NCBI GenBank assembly: GCA_964304625.1
Contig: OZ199838.1
Location: 15,786,017 to 15,850,016, forward strand
Direction: 5' to 3'
DNA: 64,000 nucleotides
From: Kudoa neothunni
Taxonomy: Eukaryota; Animalia; Cnidaria
The notes below the pieces were generated by a model. That model was not told the DNA's origin. It did not search any database and was given only the letters and a program-made list of their open reading frames with translations. Shown piece by piece: positions 1-13,810 of this stretch. A program made the position numbers and the translations under genes. Every line of letters begins with the position of its first letter. Within the stretch, counting starts at the first letter, position 1.

Positions 1-466
1 ATGATTTAATTAGAACAATTAAAATTAAAAATAATATCCATCTCATATTTGTTTTAACATAATTATGGAAATCTATCTTATCGGTTATATTTATTTTTTG
101 TCATATTCTGTAAAATTTTTATTGAAAAATTAAGTTAATTTCTCGCGATTCGATAAAATCATTTTATAGTTTATAGTATATAGTATATAATATATAATAT
201 ATTTGCCTGACTTTATAGGATTAATGAAAAACTACGCATTAAAAGTTATCCACTTATTTACGATTCCCTCGCATATAGATGAAAAGTTTATCATTATTAT
301 CATTGCAAATTAATAAATTTATTCTCAACTCATCTGACTCTTCTCTGAACATCTGTAACATGACTTCACACATTATGTGTTTCTGTGTCTAACTTCTTCC
401 ACTGTTTTAAAATATTTAATATAAAAAGTGTTTTCTATGATTTCGGTCATTATAATACATTTTTAA

Positions 467-1789
467 TCCTCCAAGCAAGTCAAAATCGCCTATACACCAC
501 GTCGTTTTTGGGATCCAATGGACTCCACTTTTTTATTGTTTATTTTAGTTGATAAAATCATATTGGTTCACAATTTATAATAAAAAAATAATTCTACCGA
601 ATGAATAAGGAAAAAATCTAAGAATACTACATAATCGATAATTTCCGATTGTATCCGATGATTGGAAATGTGTTTTTTTCTGCGTATATATTGGAATTGG
701 ATTAGTTTTCATAGTTATAACAATATATGTTTAAGTTAATTAACCATAATAAAATATTTGGGGAGGAAAAGTATTTATACAGCTTTACAAGTAACTCAAC
801 ATACAATACGTAAAGCAGTCGTCAATGAATTATTAAAATTGGCTAGTTTTATTAACTTTTAGCGTATGATTTGCACACAACAAATTTTTATTAAATAAGG
901 ATTCATAAAGAACGACACGTATTATTTACCCTATTAGTAGCTGAAAAATCTATACCCTCCAAATAAAAATGAGGTAGAAATATACTCCGCGTTTTTATTT
1001 CACAAAATTGTATTAAACAAAAGTTAGTATCGTCAGACAAAGTATGAGAAAAATTCATCTTTTGGATTATGTATAAACGGTCAATTATTATTAAGATTAT
1101 GTCCTGCTTGAGGATCCGCAAAATCACATATTGATACGTTACCTTGGAATATGACTGTATTTTTGTGTTTTTATTCAAGCCAATAATTAAAACAATTTAA
1201 TTACTTTATGTCAATTTATCTTCTTATAAACAACACAATCTAATATCTAATATTACGAAGAAATACGCGAAATGATAGTAAACAGTGATTATTTCATATA
1301 ACAGTTATCACATGTGTTTTTGAATGTTTTCTACAATACGATACTATAAAAAATGATGAAGACTCGTCATAAATTGAATAATCGGTATAAGAGCCATCAT
1401 AATTTGAGGAGTTATGGCTGTATCCGGACAAGGATGGCATGCTTATAGAGACGTCGCGTTAGCGTCACTTTTGTCGGATTTAGTTATTTATTTAATATTT
1501 ATTCGGTAGAATTCTCCTAAAAGTTAAAAAATCGTATAAATTAATTTTTACTTTCATTTTATTAAAGAAAATCGCGGGATCCATTGGACCTCAAAAACGA
1601 CGTGGTGTAAGTAATTGTTAATTTGCGATGGAAAAAAAATTCCTCATAATTTTTGAACAAAGGTTATAAATTAATATTGCATTTTAACGGAATAATATTG
1701 GTTATTAACCTATTTTGAGTCACAGATGGGCTGTAGATTGGCCAGACATTTGCGTTGGGGACCAATGGACTCCACACAGGCTTGGAGGG
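467..1789 (-). mobile_element. non-autonomous piggyBac-type element (internally deleted)
   Basis: TTAA|TCCTCCAAGC at 463-476 and GCTTGGAGGG|CTAA at 1780-1793 form degenerate TIRs and TSDs. Subterminal inverted repeat TACACCACGTCGTTTTTG..GATCCAATGG at ~492-525 vs ~1577-1609. The minus strand has an S/Y/D-rich start (ATG 1440) and CRKH..CDNC cysteine-rich remnants. Confidence 0.75.
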
Positions 1790-2682
1790 CTAATAGCTAA
1801 AATGCAAAGAAAAGCAAAACAAAAAACTATGCAAAGTATGGCGAAAAATTGCGAGAACATTATTATTGTCTTAATTACATCAGAAGCCACATTATATATA
1901 GTTATTTATAAATAAAACACCTTTTTAGCTTTTATATTAGGATTTGATTAGGTTAAACAAATAAATTTTAATTTTCTTACCACATAATGTCAATAAGATT
2001 AAATTTAGTAATAAGAGGAGGAAATATATTTAGAATTAATTCGAAAAAAAATTGAATTTTTCTTTCAACAATTTGTTATAAAGATGGTAAAAACAATTAA
2101 AATTTTTTATTATTGGACCAATTAATAAAATCAAATAAACTTAACTTTTTAACTTTAAAAATGACTTTACAAGCTGCAAGGAGTCAACACACACCCCATT
2201 TTATTCATTTACGCATTATCAGCAGATCCCGAACAAACCGATTTGAATCACTAGTTCCTACCTTTTTGCGCTGTCGTAAGGGGATTGCGACCGAGTGGGC
2301 CATTACTGTATTTGTTGTACCGTAAACTAGAACTCAATACTCATAATATTTTAGTTTCTATCTAAAAAATGGTTCGAAGAGAATTATAGGATTTAATAGA
2401 GACTTAGCTTCAATTAGCGTGTATAAAATGCGTAGCAATGTAGTCGGAAGTTTGATTGAACCCCATTAACGCTCGGTACACTAAAAAGAACCGTGTCCAA
2501 AATTTATTATCACGCACCATCTAATCTCGAACGTAATTTATTTCAAAAAACGAGAACGATAAAAGTTAAATGGCCGATTAAACATCATCCAAACTAGACT
2601 AATGATTATTGCGCTCAGAAAAAATAAATTTAAACTAACAAAAACTATTTAATACAAATTCTACATCAATTTTCAAAAAACA

Positions 2683-3875
2683 CTAAGGATCGTTCATAGT
2701 TTGAAGTTTCTTGAAGAATGAGGTGGACGAAGAGTACTCCTTGGTATTGGAATTTTGCTTAGATGCTTTTTTCGGTTGAGCAGAGCCATCAACGCGAATT
2801 TTTAATGAGTTAACTTTCTTGAGTTTGGTTATTGCCGCTGTTTTCGAAATCAATTTTCCACCGGCCTGACGTCTACTCTCAATCATCTCTTTGAGTTTAT
2901 TTTTCCTCATACGCTGAGTTTTCTTCTTGCGAAGAGCACGCGTCTTCTCTTCTTTAGTTAGATCATTCTTGGCGACTAATTCATCACGATTTTTAGCATG
3001 AATTTCTTCAGGCGCAAATGTAGTTGAAGATTTGAGTGTGACAGGAGCAGGTTCTTCCATTGAAATTGTGGGATAGTTTGTTGTCACGGCCACCTCAACC
3101 TTGGGCTATTAACCAACAATAACTTACTCGCACACACACACACACACACACACAATTGCTTACCATCTTAGGAGTATAATTGAGATTGGTCAAAGTATCC
3201 AATTTTCGAAATACTTCATCGATACTAGCTCTAATGTGATCGTGGAGTTGGTTGTTATTATTAGTAGCGGTGTCCTCTCCCTGTGCTTTGCTCAAGTATT
3301 CCTTCTCGTAGATGGTTGCTAGGGATTCTTTACTTTTTTCCGAACTAACCACAACAGGCAGTCTATACGCTGCAACATCGGTTTCCATTTTTCTCTTGCG
3401 TTCAACATCATCAAAGGTTTTATCCTTGATTCGTTGAATGATAATTTTTTCGATTTTTTTTGTAACATCATTCGTTATGGTTGGTGCTTTAATTTTTTTG
3501 AATTAAAAAGAGAATATCTAACACAAAAATAATATCAAAGCTTACCAGCAATCTTTCCATACTGAAAAGTCAAATGCTCATCAATAAGACTTCCTTTATC
3601 ACGATTGTTGGCCCACGTTTCTCCACTCATTTTCCAGGTCTTATCTGCCAGATTCCGCTGTTCCAATTCGGCTATCCTGATTTTTGCCTATCACACGAAA
3701 TATACGCAAATAACCAAATAGCGCCTAAACCCACATCGTATTGTTCTTGTTGGAATTTGGACGATAATTCTGGTTCCTCATCATCCCCCTTATCAATAAA
3801 AAAAGTATCATCTACATCGTCGTCTTCTTCGCTAACAGAAAATAAGTGGGACTCCTGACTCGATATGGAACTCAT
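2683..3875 (-). CDS. MPHOSPH10: U3 snoRNP protein MPP10, 4 exons, ~340 aa
   Basis: Spliced translation contains WKMSGE...SLIDEHL, IIIQRIKDKTFDDVER, KSKESLATIYEKEY, LDTLTNLNYTPK, PTISMEEPAPV, APEEI and SSTSFFKKLQ, all MPP10 blocks. Three in-phase GT-AG introns (e.g. 3106-3163). Start ATG 3875 is inferred. Confidence 0.92.
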
Positions 3876-5516
3876 TTTCGATTTGTGTCGGGAAAACTCG
3901 TGCAATATTAAAATGCTTGTATAAAAATATTAGTGTCTATTATATATAATAAATATGAACGAATAATTATGAGCCTCGATAAATATTATTCAGCAATTAT
4001 TAAAAAATTAGCTTTGTATACAACGTGTGAGTAAGAGTTGCTGGGATTAAAATCGTATATATACATACAAAGATTTAGTTACATTGTAAATGGGTTGATT
4101 TCGTGGATATTTTTAGTCAAGCAAAAATAATTTAAAAAACCTTATGACAATATTCATGTTGATTTCCCGCCTAATGTTGATTTTGGATAAAAAAACAACC
4201 GAAAATAACCACAGTGGAAAACATGACATCGTTTTTATTTTTATTATAATTCAAGCAATTCTGTTAGCTGCATGCATAGAGGCCATATTATTAAAAGCTA
4301 CGATATATATCGAACTAGGAATACTAAACGGTTGATTACTAATAATCACCTTGGTAACAAATTCCTTGCCGGACCTCTTAAAAGTCAAGTATAAGGTTAC
4401 TGGGAGTCCGAGACTCATACCTTGAGTCAATGAAAAGGGTGTATGTCCGAGCATGCTTCAGATGTTAAGGTACTGATTCTATGTATTTGGAATCTATCTT
4501 GAAAGTATAGCATGTGTGAAATAGAAGCTGCAATAAATCAGGTAAACAAACGTCATTGGATGTATTTTACTTATAAGTAATTTACTATTTCGATTTATTA
4601 GTATATAAAACAAAATTGATAATTTTTTTCTTATTCATTCGTAAATAAATTTATTTAAATTAAAATGTAAAGTAGTCTAAAATTAAACATTTATTAAACA
4701 CTTAGTTCCTAATGTAAAACATATAGACTAAAAACGCTTTTAAACAGGTGAAATTCTTAAAAATGTATTATTGATCTTTTTAAATAAACTGTAAGGGAAG
4801 TAAAAATTATAGTTTTATTCGTTTTAATATGAAATTTTTTAGAATTTTTTAGAATTTGTTTGAGTAAATTTTCACTTAAAAATTATATAAACTAAAACTT
4901 TGTTTTCGAGATTGGGAAGCATGTTTATTTTCCTGATTTAGATTTAAATTACAATATTTAAACGCCTGCGCATGGGCGTTAGTGCAGAATACGATATTTT
5001 ACACTAAAACATTAAATAACCACTACATTAATTTATAATTTACACTTACCTTTATGTAATAAATGAGTTTCGCATCGACTTATTTGTTGTCAAAAAAGAA
5101 TTGGAAAAAAGTCGAAACATTTAATTTATTAACAGTTGTATTTATCTTTTTTACGTAATTTTTGTAAAAATATTTTTCCCGCCTGAAACTAAATCCATTT
5201 TACAATTTCTTTTTGGGAAAGAGGTGTGGAGTTGTCCTCATAAGTGGTAAGGGTGCGAAAAGTAAAATTAATAAATGTAAATCTTTTTGACTTTAGTGAA
5301 AAAAATTAAAAGGTCATGTATCACAGTTGAATTTAAATGAGATAATTACTTTTATTATTTCTAAGACCATATAAACTTAATTATTTTGATTATAGAGCTT
5401 TATGTTTGACAAATATCGCCATTATTAATACAAAATAAAATATTTAATTCATCAAATTGCATAGGTCAGAGGATCGATATATACAAGGCAATTCTAGAAT
5501 CTATGATCTGTTACAC

Positions 5517-5995
5517 CAGAGGTCGACAACCTACGCATCGTCAGTTATCATTATCCGGTCGCCATTTATTGACCTACAAACGAATTTTTCTTAATATCTG
5601 AAGTAATTAAAGAACTTTTAAGTTTATATCTAAATCTTTGTTCCAAATGCTAATATGTTGTCAACTAAAGTTCGTTTTCAATAAATCGGAAAGCTAGGAT
5701 AAATAGGATTGTTAAAATTATTTATATAACAATGTAAAATACTTCTAAAAAGGCATATAAGTATACCTACTGTTACGCGACATCGTTGATTCACAAGTTA
5801 AACACGATTTCATTACTCTACACATGCAAATTACTCGAATATAACAATTTTTATTTGACATACTTTTATAGTTTAAATAACTTTCATAAATTCTTATTTA
5901 TACATTTAAATTCAAAATTTGAACTTAGAATAATCTAACATCTTAATCAATTAATTTTAGTATGGCCCGTTATTCAATAAGGTTGTGTATCCGTG
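5517..5995. mobile_element. hAT (Buster-like) MITE, copy 1
   Basis: Ends CAGAGGTCGACAACCT / AAGGTTGTGTATCCGTG. 8-bp TSD TGTTACAC / TTTTACAC with central TA. Homologous, in inverted orientation, to 43541-44060. Confidence 0.75.
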
Positions 5996-6424
5996 TTTTA
6001 CACGAACGCGCAACAAGGGGAGCTTATGTTTGTTGAGAATGACATGCTATAAAAAGTCGTCCTTTATTATTTTCTCTATTATCAATCAAAATTTGATTTA
6101 CGATCACTATCTTTTATTTATTTTGCATTCGCTAAAATCTTACATTCAGTTCTGAGCACGAAACCTGAAATGACCCAAAACATCAATCAGGCTCAATAAA
6201 ATGAATAAAAAATGTTGTGATCTCTCTTTGACTAATAAATTATATTTAATTGTATTTAATTAAATTTATATTAATTTCTACAAAAAAAAGTAATTTTAAA
6301 ATTTTCTAATTAAAGACGAATTAATTAATTCGGGCAAGCTTTATATTTTTATGCACACAAAAATGACAGGAAATTGCACAACAAATAAACCATAAAAAAT
6401 ATAAAGTTTATTACAGTGAAAAAA

Positions 6425-8111
6425 TTAGAAATAAAAAATAAAAAGAGTAGCCACAATCAATACACACATTAAAATTAATCCCGTTGAAGCGCTATAAATG
6501 AATCAGAAAATTATTTCACATAAAAAACACATACCTGGGACTTATTTTACTTGTAACCCGATTCCAAACAGTGATTGACATACTAACCAAAAATATCACT
6601 ACAGGTATCATGTATTTGAGAATATAGCTAGAGGTTACGGATTCCGATTCGTTTACTACAAGATATTTGTCTACAACTGAAAGCAGTTGTTGATGTTGTG
6701 TTTGCTGTTTGGAGATTATATGAACCTAATGTGTGACAAAGAGTCAAACTGTCCCACAGAGATGCAGTTAATCATTCAACAATTTACCAAATTATTCAAC
6801 GACGAATAAGCATCCTCAAGTTCATTGATACGTTCGTTGAGACGATACTCCAATATTTCATTGTTTTCTTCCAATGTGTTGACACTACTTTTGAGTTTGG
6901 TAAGCTATTTTGTTAAATATTTACGATGGCCAACTTTCCACACGATAAACAACCACATACTTCATTCTGAAAACATGAACTATCATCGGCCATTTGTAGA
7001 TTAATGTCATTTCTGAGAATATCAATTTTCTATATGTGTTACGGAAAGTAGATTAGATTTGATTGTTCTTATAGGGTTAATGTGATTACATCGGAGTTGG
7101 TTTTAATGTCACATCTGACAGAGGAAAAATCTTTTGATATTTCCTTTATATAAATGTTACTTAATCGGAAAAATATGCGTGACAATTTACATTGATTAGA
7201 TTTAAAAATTTGGAATCAAACACACTAATAGTGCCAGAATGATGAGTGTTGATATTGGAGGTATTGTTGCTAACCGCATTGAACAAACGCGTTGCTTCAT
7301 TACTCACTACTTCATCACTAATTGTACTTTGAAGAATTTAAAAAAGTTTAAATGAATATTGTTGTAGTGAATATATATATATATATTTTCAATTAATTTT
7401 ATCACAAATATAAGCCTTGCGTTTAATGCGAGTACATTATGAATGAATATATTCACTGTCATTGCACAAATAACTCTACACACCTACTACAAACAGTTGA
7501 TGTGGCGCTATTGGTGTCATGATATCTTGAAGAGTTGCCATCGCTACTAAAATACAATTTTTTAAAGAATGAGCAAAAAAGTGTACTTTTGAATTGAATC
7601 ACCAACTTCACTCTCTACATAAAATTTAATATTAATAGATGAAATAAAATAGCTAGTCTTCATAAGGATATAAGTACTTTCACGATGCGATCCATCTCGA
7701 GAAAACTTTTTTGGTTTTCGCATCATACTGAAAAGATTAGCTTTAAGGGCGCCATGCAACCTATGTTTGTATAGAATTATTCGCATGAATAAACATAAAA
7801 AATGCCGATTTCTATTTGGTATACATATTTAGAAAATACATTTAATGTTAAAAATGAATAAAAACGTAAAAATCCCCTTAAAACAATCATAACTAACAAA
7901 ACTTAATGTCATCAACCATTTATATATTTTTCAAATTGATCTAGGAATATTACTTAGGCTTTAATCTCGTAGACCTGAGGGTAGCATTAGTATCCGGGGC
8001 TTCTTCCTACAATATCAATGATCAATATCCAATAGATACAAATAAGGCATTTACTTCTTGGTTTGCCCCATTATTTTTCCATTCTAAGTGCGCTTTCAAG
8101 CCAGTGCTATC
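6425..8111 (-). CDS. TMCC/TEX28-like transmembrane and coiled-coil protein (5' end unresolved)
   Basis: About 11 phase-compatible exons. EISKDFSSV...FQNELTKLKSSVNTLEENNEILEYRLNERINELEDA...QQTQHQQ resembles TMCC RDYSL...[33 protein letters not shown]...QQQQQQ. Followed by two C-terminal hydrophobic helices (MIPVVIFLVSMSITVW; GLILMCVLIVATLFIFYF*). Confidence 0.68.
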
Positions 8112-9199
8112 CTAAGTTTTAATAGCTTTTACAATCACGGATTAAGTGTCGACGCATTATGTTAAGAGTCATTGTTTGCTTCTGTAAATTTCTTTCATGA
8201 GTGCTCCACGTATATAGAAACCTGAATATTCTTTTCGATCTATTCATCCTAATCTAATTAATTATAATTTTATGATTTGACATTTTTATTTATCATTGTT
8301 AATATTTTATGAACGTTATTATCATTATAACCATTACTTAAAGCCTTAATAAATAACTAGTCTTAATGATCCTCAAATATCGCTTTTATAAGAAGCTCCA
8401 GATAAAGTCAAGGTGAATCTCAATTATCTTTTTATAGTAAATACATTTTATCAAGGTAATCTCCGCCTCGTTTTATCGAATATCGTGTGCCAGAAAATAT
8501 TTCATCGATGGGTTAATTAAACTTTTCGGTCTGGAAAACCATCCAGTATGACCCCAATGAGATTTTACGAGGCACCTATTTTCATTAAAAGGAGAACAAT
8601 ATATGAGAGATAAGTTTCCATAATAGTACTTCAAAGCTATAGAGTGAAAAATAGTAGGTCTCAATATGGCGTGAATTAATCCAACACAAGATACAGTTGG
8701 TGCTTGGATTTATTGTAAATTCGTTAATTGATCAGTTACTATTGGAGTTTTCAGTGGGATAACTCCTTTTATGAATTCAAAAGAAAAATTTTAAAATTCG
8801 AGATTCGTTCTTGTTTAATTACATTCAACTAAAATTTGCAATGCAAAGAAGGCTGATTTGAACCCCTGAATTAGGGATTGGCATAATATGCAAGTTATAA
8901 CTTGAAATTTTTTTACTATTTCTAATAAATGAAATTCGGTTTATTAAAATAGATTGGCCCTACTCAAAGTTATAAAATTTCCGCCATTACAAACTGCATA
9001 TTAAATAATCTATACCATGTGTTCGTAATCAGGAGTAAATTTAAGAAAAAATTGAGAACCCAAGATTTTTACAAAAATCAACGAAAAACGAGTTACATAA
9101 TTTTAAATTTAATTATGGATAAACATTGATTAAATTCGAAATATTTTATACACCTTTTTATAATATTATTGCAAATACAGTGACTTATGGGTCGTCTTT

Positions 9200-10150
9200 C
9201 TATAGCTAACAGAAAGAAATTTCTAACCCTATCGAAAAAAGTAGGAATTATCAAACACTATGAAAAGATATCGAATAATCCAAATTAAGAAAAATTCTTA
9301 ATAAAGGAGAACATATAGATATCGATCATCAATAAAGCCGATGAATTCCTCCTTGATGATGATCTTGATGATGATCTTGATCTTGATCTTGATGATGATC
9401 TTGATCTTGATGATGCCTCAAAGGAAACACGTTTGTCTACTGGCTGGTTTTATGGCTTTATAGCTTTATAAAAAGATTTAATATCTCTCGTAATACATTT
9501 TTCGGTGGATCTAAAGGTGTAAACAATATTTTCAATGCAGACGAAAATGTTATTAATATTTTTATGTGTTGTATATCTTGCGTAGGTAAATAAAAATGGG
9601 TGCAAACAATCAAAAATAAGAATAACCGCTTTATCTACCTGCTCTATGGTTGGAGAAAAATTAGACCCATTAATAATAGGTAGGTTTTCAAAGCCCCGTT
9701 GTTTTGGATCAATTAAAAAACTGCCGTTGGATTATGAAGCAAACACCCTAATTTGAACCTTTCCAATATTACTTTATGTTTCTTGCCACCTAATGCTACT
9801 AGCGTTTTGCAACCTCTTGACCAAGGGATAATCAACAATGTTAAAGTAATTTATAAGAAACATTCAAGGGAGTCTCTTATACAGAGATTGGAAGCGATGT
9901 TTCTGTTGAAGAATTCATGAGATCATGTAAAAACCGAAACAATTGTAAATTGTTTTAGAAAGTCATTTTTCCCCATGCCAAGAAGAATTAGATACTCTCA
10001 GAGCAAATGAAAATTAAACCATCGAATTAAATGAAATGATGGAAGAAGAAGTCAATATAATCACTAGAAATCCAGAAGTTTGTGCTGCTCATGAAGTGGA
10101 TAACGATAATGATAGAGATATTCTAAAACAAAAAGCCCACAAATGTTAAA
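9200..10150 (+). pseudogene. pogo/Tigger (CENP-B-like DDE_1) transposase remnant
   Basis: Frameshifted pieces STGWFYGF, NIFNADE, RITALSTCSMVGEKLDPLIIGRFSKPRCF, FLPPNATSVLQPLDQGII. A GATGAT/GATCTT repeat sits at ~9353-9415. Confidence 0.85.
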
Positions 10151-11224
10151 GCAAATAACAAAATTCGGCGATCTAATTTTAGGAGCGGCTGCGTTAAAAA
10201 TTATTTTAAAAGTAACAGTAGTTAAGTAGGCTAGTTAGCGAAAATATTGTGTATTATTTTTAATTTTTGTTTATTTTCGCATGCGCAAAGTTATGTGTGG
10301 TGCGTAATGACTTTGAATTCCCTTTTGATTACGCACGACCCATAAGTCACTGTATTTGTATTACATTGATAATTATTAAAAATTACGATTATTGTAATTT
10401 CAAGTTATTTATATTATATTTTGGAATTGAAATATTTCGTAATAAATTTTAAGAAAATTACTTCTATGCCTTGGTGATATTTACGTCACAAAAAATTTAG
10501 TGTAATCTGATATATAATTTAGACCTCTTTTAGAGTATAATATGTTATATTCAAAATGCTATGTTTAAAATAAAGTTTATTAGGTATGAAGCCTATTACA
10601 GTCGAGACTGAATATCGCGTGCGCATTGTACTATACAATACGATTTTTCCGTGTTTACGTCCGATGCCAATTAGTGAAAATCAATTTTTTACACATAAAT
10701 ATATTATTTAATTAAATGAAATGTGATTTATCAAATTTTGTCGAAAAAGGTTGGAATTTTAGTTTGTCGGAATCTTTCTCTTGATATTTTTAAAACTCGG
10801 TCCATTATGGGATGTAAATCACAGAATCCCGTCGGATCTTCTTTAATAAAAGCTTCCCTCAGAAAGTTCACTGCATTTTTCATTTAATGATTATTTATCG
10901 TTAGAAAAATTTGATATTGATACAGATATACAACTTAACTCATTAATACACAAGAACGGAACTTTATGGTCGATGAACCCGCCGTTGTCATTCAGAACAT
11001 GTGTTGCAAATATTATGAATAGTCGTCCTGATGTCTCTTCGTTTTTATTACAAAATACGATTGATACTTTCAGAATAATATTTGGTTCTGTTATGTAAGC
11101 CATTATTTTAAAACATACTAGTACATGGGTTCATTAGCTGTTTATTTCCTATGGGATATCACAGGGATAATCTAGATTCGGTTAAAGAGGTATTTGGCTG
11201 GATTTTTTGTAATTATTGAATCTT

Positions 11225-12043
11225 AATAACTTTAAAATTTTAAGACTTATTTATCGGAACTCCGTCGGGTGCATGTGTAATCTCGATATTTTTCAATAAA
11301 CATTCATAAATTGGTTATATTTCATGTTTGTTATCATATAAACACAAGTGTTACAATATCAAATTCAATTATACAGGTTAAAGTGTGAATAGTTTAAAAA
11401 CGAGAAGACAACCTCGTGCTTTCAAAATGCATTTTCTTAATTTTCTTCGAACTGACGAGTTTTTTAATAATAAATCAACACCATATTTAGATAAACATTT
11501 AATTTCAATAGATAACTAATTCAAGTTTGATTATATGAAGTCATTACTTTTTAGGAGGGATTGTTACATGTATATTAAATGTAGCAATAAAAATATCGCT
11601 TACAATTTTTTTTTCAATGTTTACACATATAAAAGGTTAAAAATAATCAATATTACCATTTTTAAAAATTCGGAAACCTAATTTTAATAACAAAAACTCG
11701 ATAATTTCTTAATTTAAAAAAAGAAAATTAATTAAAAAAAATTATAAACTAAAACAAATCCTGCTACATTAATATTTATATTTGAGAGTTTGCAAAATAT
11801 TCTTGTATAGTAAAAAAATGTGATTTTTTTGTGAAACTTGCATAAAGTTTATTTTTAAAGTTAATTTATATAAAATTGTTATATATCATCAATAGTAGAA
11901 AATCTAAGTAGTAATAATAAATAACTTTCAAGTTAATAACTAAGAAAGAAACAACATAATTCAATGTTTGTGAAAAAAGATACAGATTACCCGTGTATCC
12001 GACGGAGTTCCGATAAAAAATTCTTAACATTTAAAAGTTATTA
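11225..12043. repeat. ~60-bp inverted repeat pair around an AT-rich spacer (foldback/MITE-like)
   Basis: TAATAACTTTAAAATTTTAAGA..TTATCGGAACTCCGTCGGGTGCATGTGTAATCT (11225-11283) vs AGATTACCCGTGTATCCGACGGAGTTCCGATAA..TCTTAACATTTAAAAGTTATTA (~11985-12043). No clear TSD. Confidence 0.65.
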
Positions 12044-12287
12044 TTTGTTTATGAACAATTGTGAAAAAACAAATATGAAAAAACAAAGATTTTAAAGAAA
12101 AATGAATAGATCTTCCACTAACGTCGCATTAGATGGAATTAAAGGAATCTTATGAGTAACATGAAAGCATGATTTCCTCGGTGCGATCATAATCACACTT
12201 TGTAAACCTTGTAAGCCTTGTAAGCACGGCGCAAGCGTGCATATTATTAAGTTTAGTGCCGTGGTTTCTGGGTCAATTTTTGGTTCG

Positions 12288-12595
12288 ATGACAAAATTAA
12301 CTTTTTCGCTTTCACAGTAAGCAGCTAATCATATACGCTTCATAAATTCAATTTAGAATAGTAAACATTTACAATGATGAAATAGAAAGCATGGACAACA
12401 ATATGGAGTGAACATAGTTGTGAAATTGACTTGAGTTATTATTGATTAATAGAGAAACGCCAAAATTAAAAACAAAAATTGAACAAGTACGTAGCCTAAA
12501 TACAAGCTATGCTCATCAGATGTATAACATAACCAAAGCAAATATGAAAGAGATGTATCATCAATTTATTTACATTTACATATAGGCAAAAATAA
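12288..12595 (+). CDS. putative small multi-exon coiled-coil protein (~45-55 aa), hypothetical
   Basis: Phase-compatible GT-AG introns join MTKLTFSLSQ-IVNIYNDEIESMDNNME-ETPKLKTKIEQ-(MYNITKANMKEMQK*). No recognised homolog, and two of the introns would be unusually short (31-33 nt). Confidence 0.3.
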
Positions 12596-13810
12596 CGTTA
12601 AAATAGGCGAAAGGGAACCTCACTGGGTTGGTCTAACGAAGTGAAACAGCAGTTTTTTGACGAGAAATTGCTGTAAACCATCAATAATTTATTTAAGTTG
12701 TCACTCCGCGCATTTCTAGGTGTCTTTACACGGCGACCGAAAGCCACGTGATTGTAGGATTCATATTATTCTCATACGAAATTTACTATAATAAGCCGGT
12801 TTTCTATATGTGTGTGTGTGTGTGTGTGTATTTCAGTGAACACCACTAATTAAGTGTGTAGCCTAGAGATGCAGGTATCGTCTAGCCACCAATCTATTGG
12901 AATTGGTTCGCATCTGATGGACATTTTGATGAGATCATCATTAAAGTACATAATATTTAAATTTGTGTGCATTTAAAGCTGACTAAAAATTGGTTAATAA
13001 TAAATTTTTAAATATTTTTCGACCGTACACAATTTTATTGTCATGCGTGTATTCGAAATTGGGATTATTTATGCCACCAATGTACTTAATTATAATAATC
13101 CCACCAAGCCTTTTTAAATATTTGTGTAAATATCTGTGTATTAATTAATTAATTAATTAATTAATTAATCAATCAATCAATCAATCAATCAATTTATTTA
13201 TTTAGGTGTGGAATCGATAGGATTGTGTTGACAGTTCTTCAAGGTAGTAGCATTGGTGTTTTATAGCGGTGGTGTAATTGGTTTTTATGACTGTAGATAA
13301 TGTGAAGGCATTGAATTTTTATTCGAAACAAGGGTATTGTATTGTTGTAACGAGTGGGGATGAAAGCTTATTTTAATCTGTTTACACAGGTTTTCAAAAG
13401 ACATAACATGCGCAACTCACGACGACCTAACTGTCGATTATTTCATTTACAGCTGTTATTGTAGTAGCTAGATTTGAGTGTCGAGACTGTTTTAAAAATT
13501 GTGTTTCTATTCAAATAAATGCTGTCCAATAACCGTGCGCAACCTCATAGGTAATGCATGTTCACAATATAATTGTCGGCGATCTTCGGCAAAACTTGTT
13601 TACTGCCTACGTCGGACTGAGTGAGTGACAGTTGCGTTTGTATCATATCCAACCCACAAGTAATATTACTACCGGTATTGTTATCATTGATATTGACTTG
13701 AAAATCACATTAGAACTTTAAAACTAGTAATTGACGTCTAAAAATAAACTCACCCCTGATTAGTATATAAATAGTTGATAGTAATCTTGTTGAAACCTAC
13801 AGAGACTATA

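Noticed and set aside
8845-8885. B-box-like GGTTCAAATC on the minus strand (tRNA?)
   Set aside because: No cloverleaf or A-box could be built.
12270-12302. Sm-site-like AATTTTTGG (snRNA or SL RNA)
   Set aside because: Flanks match no U1/U2/U4/U5 motif, and the word is common in AT-rich DNA.
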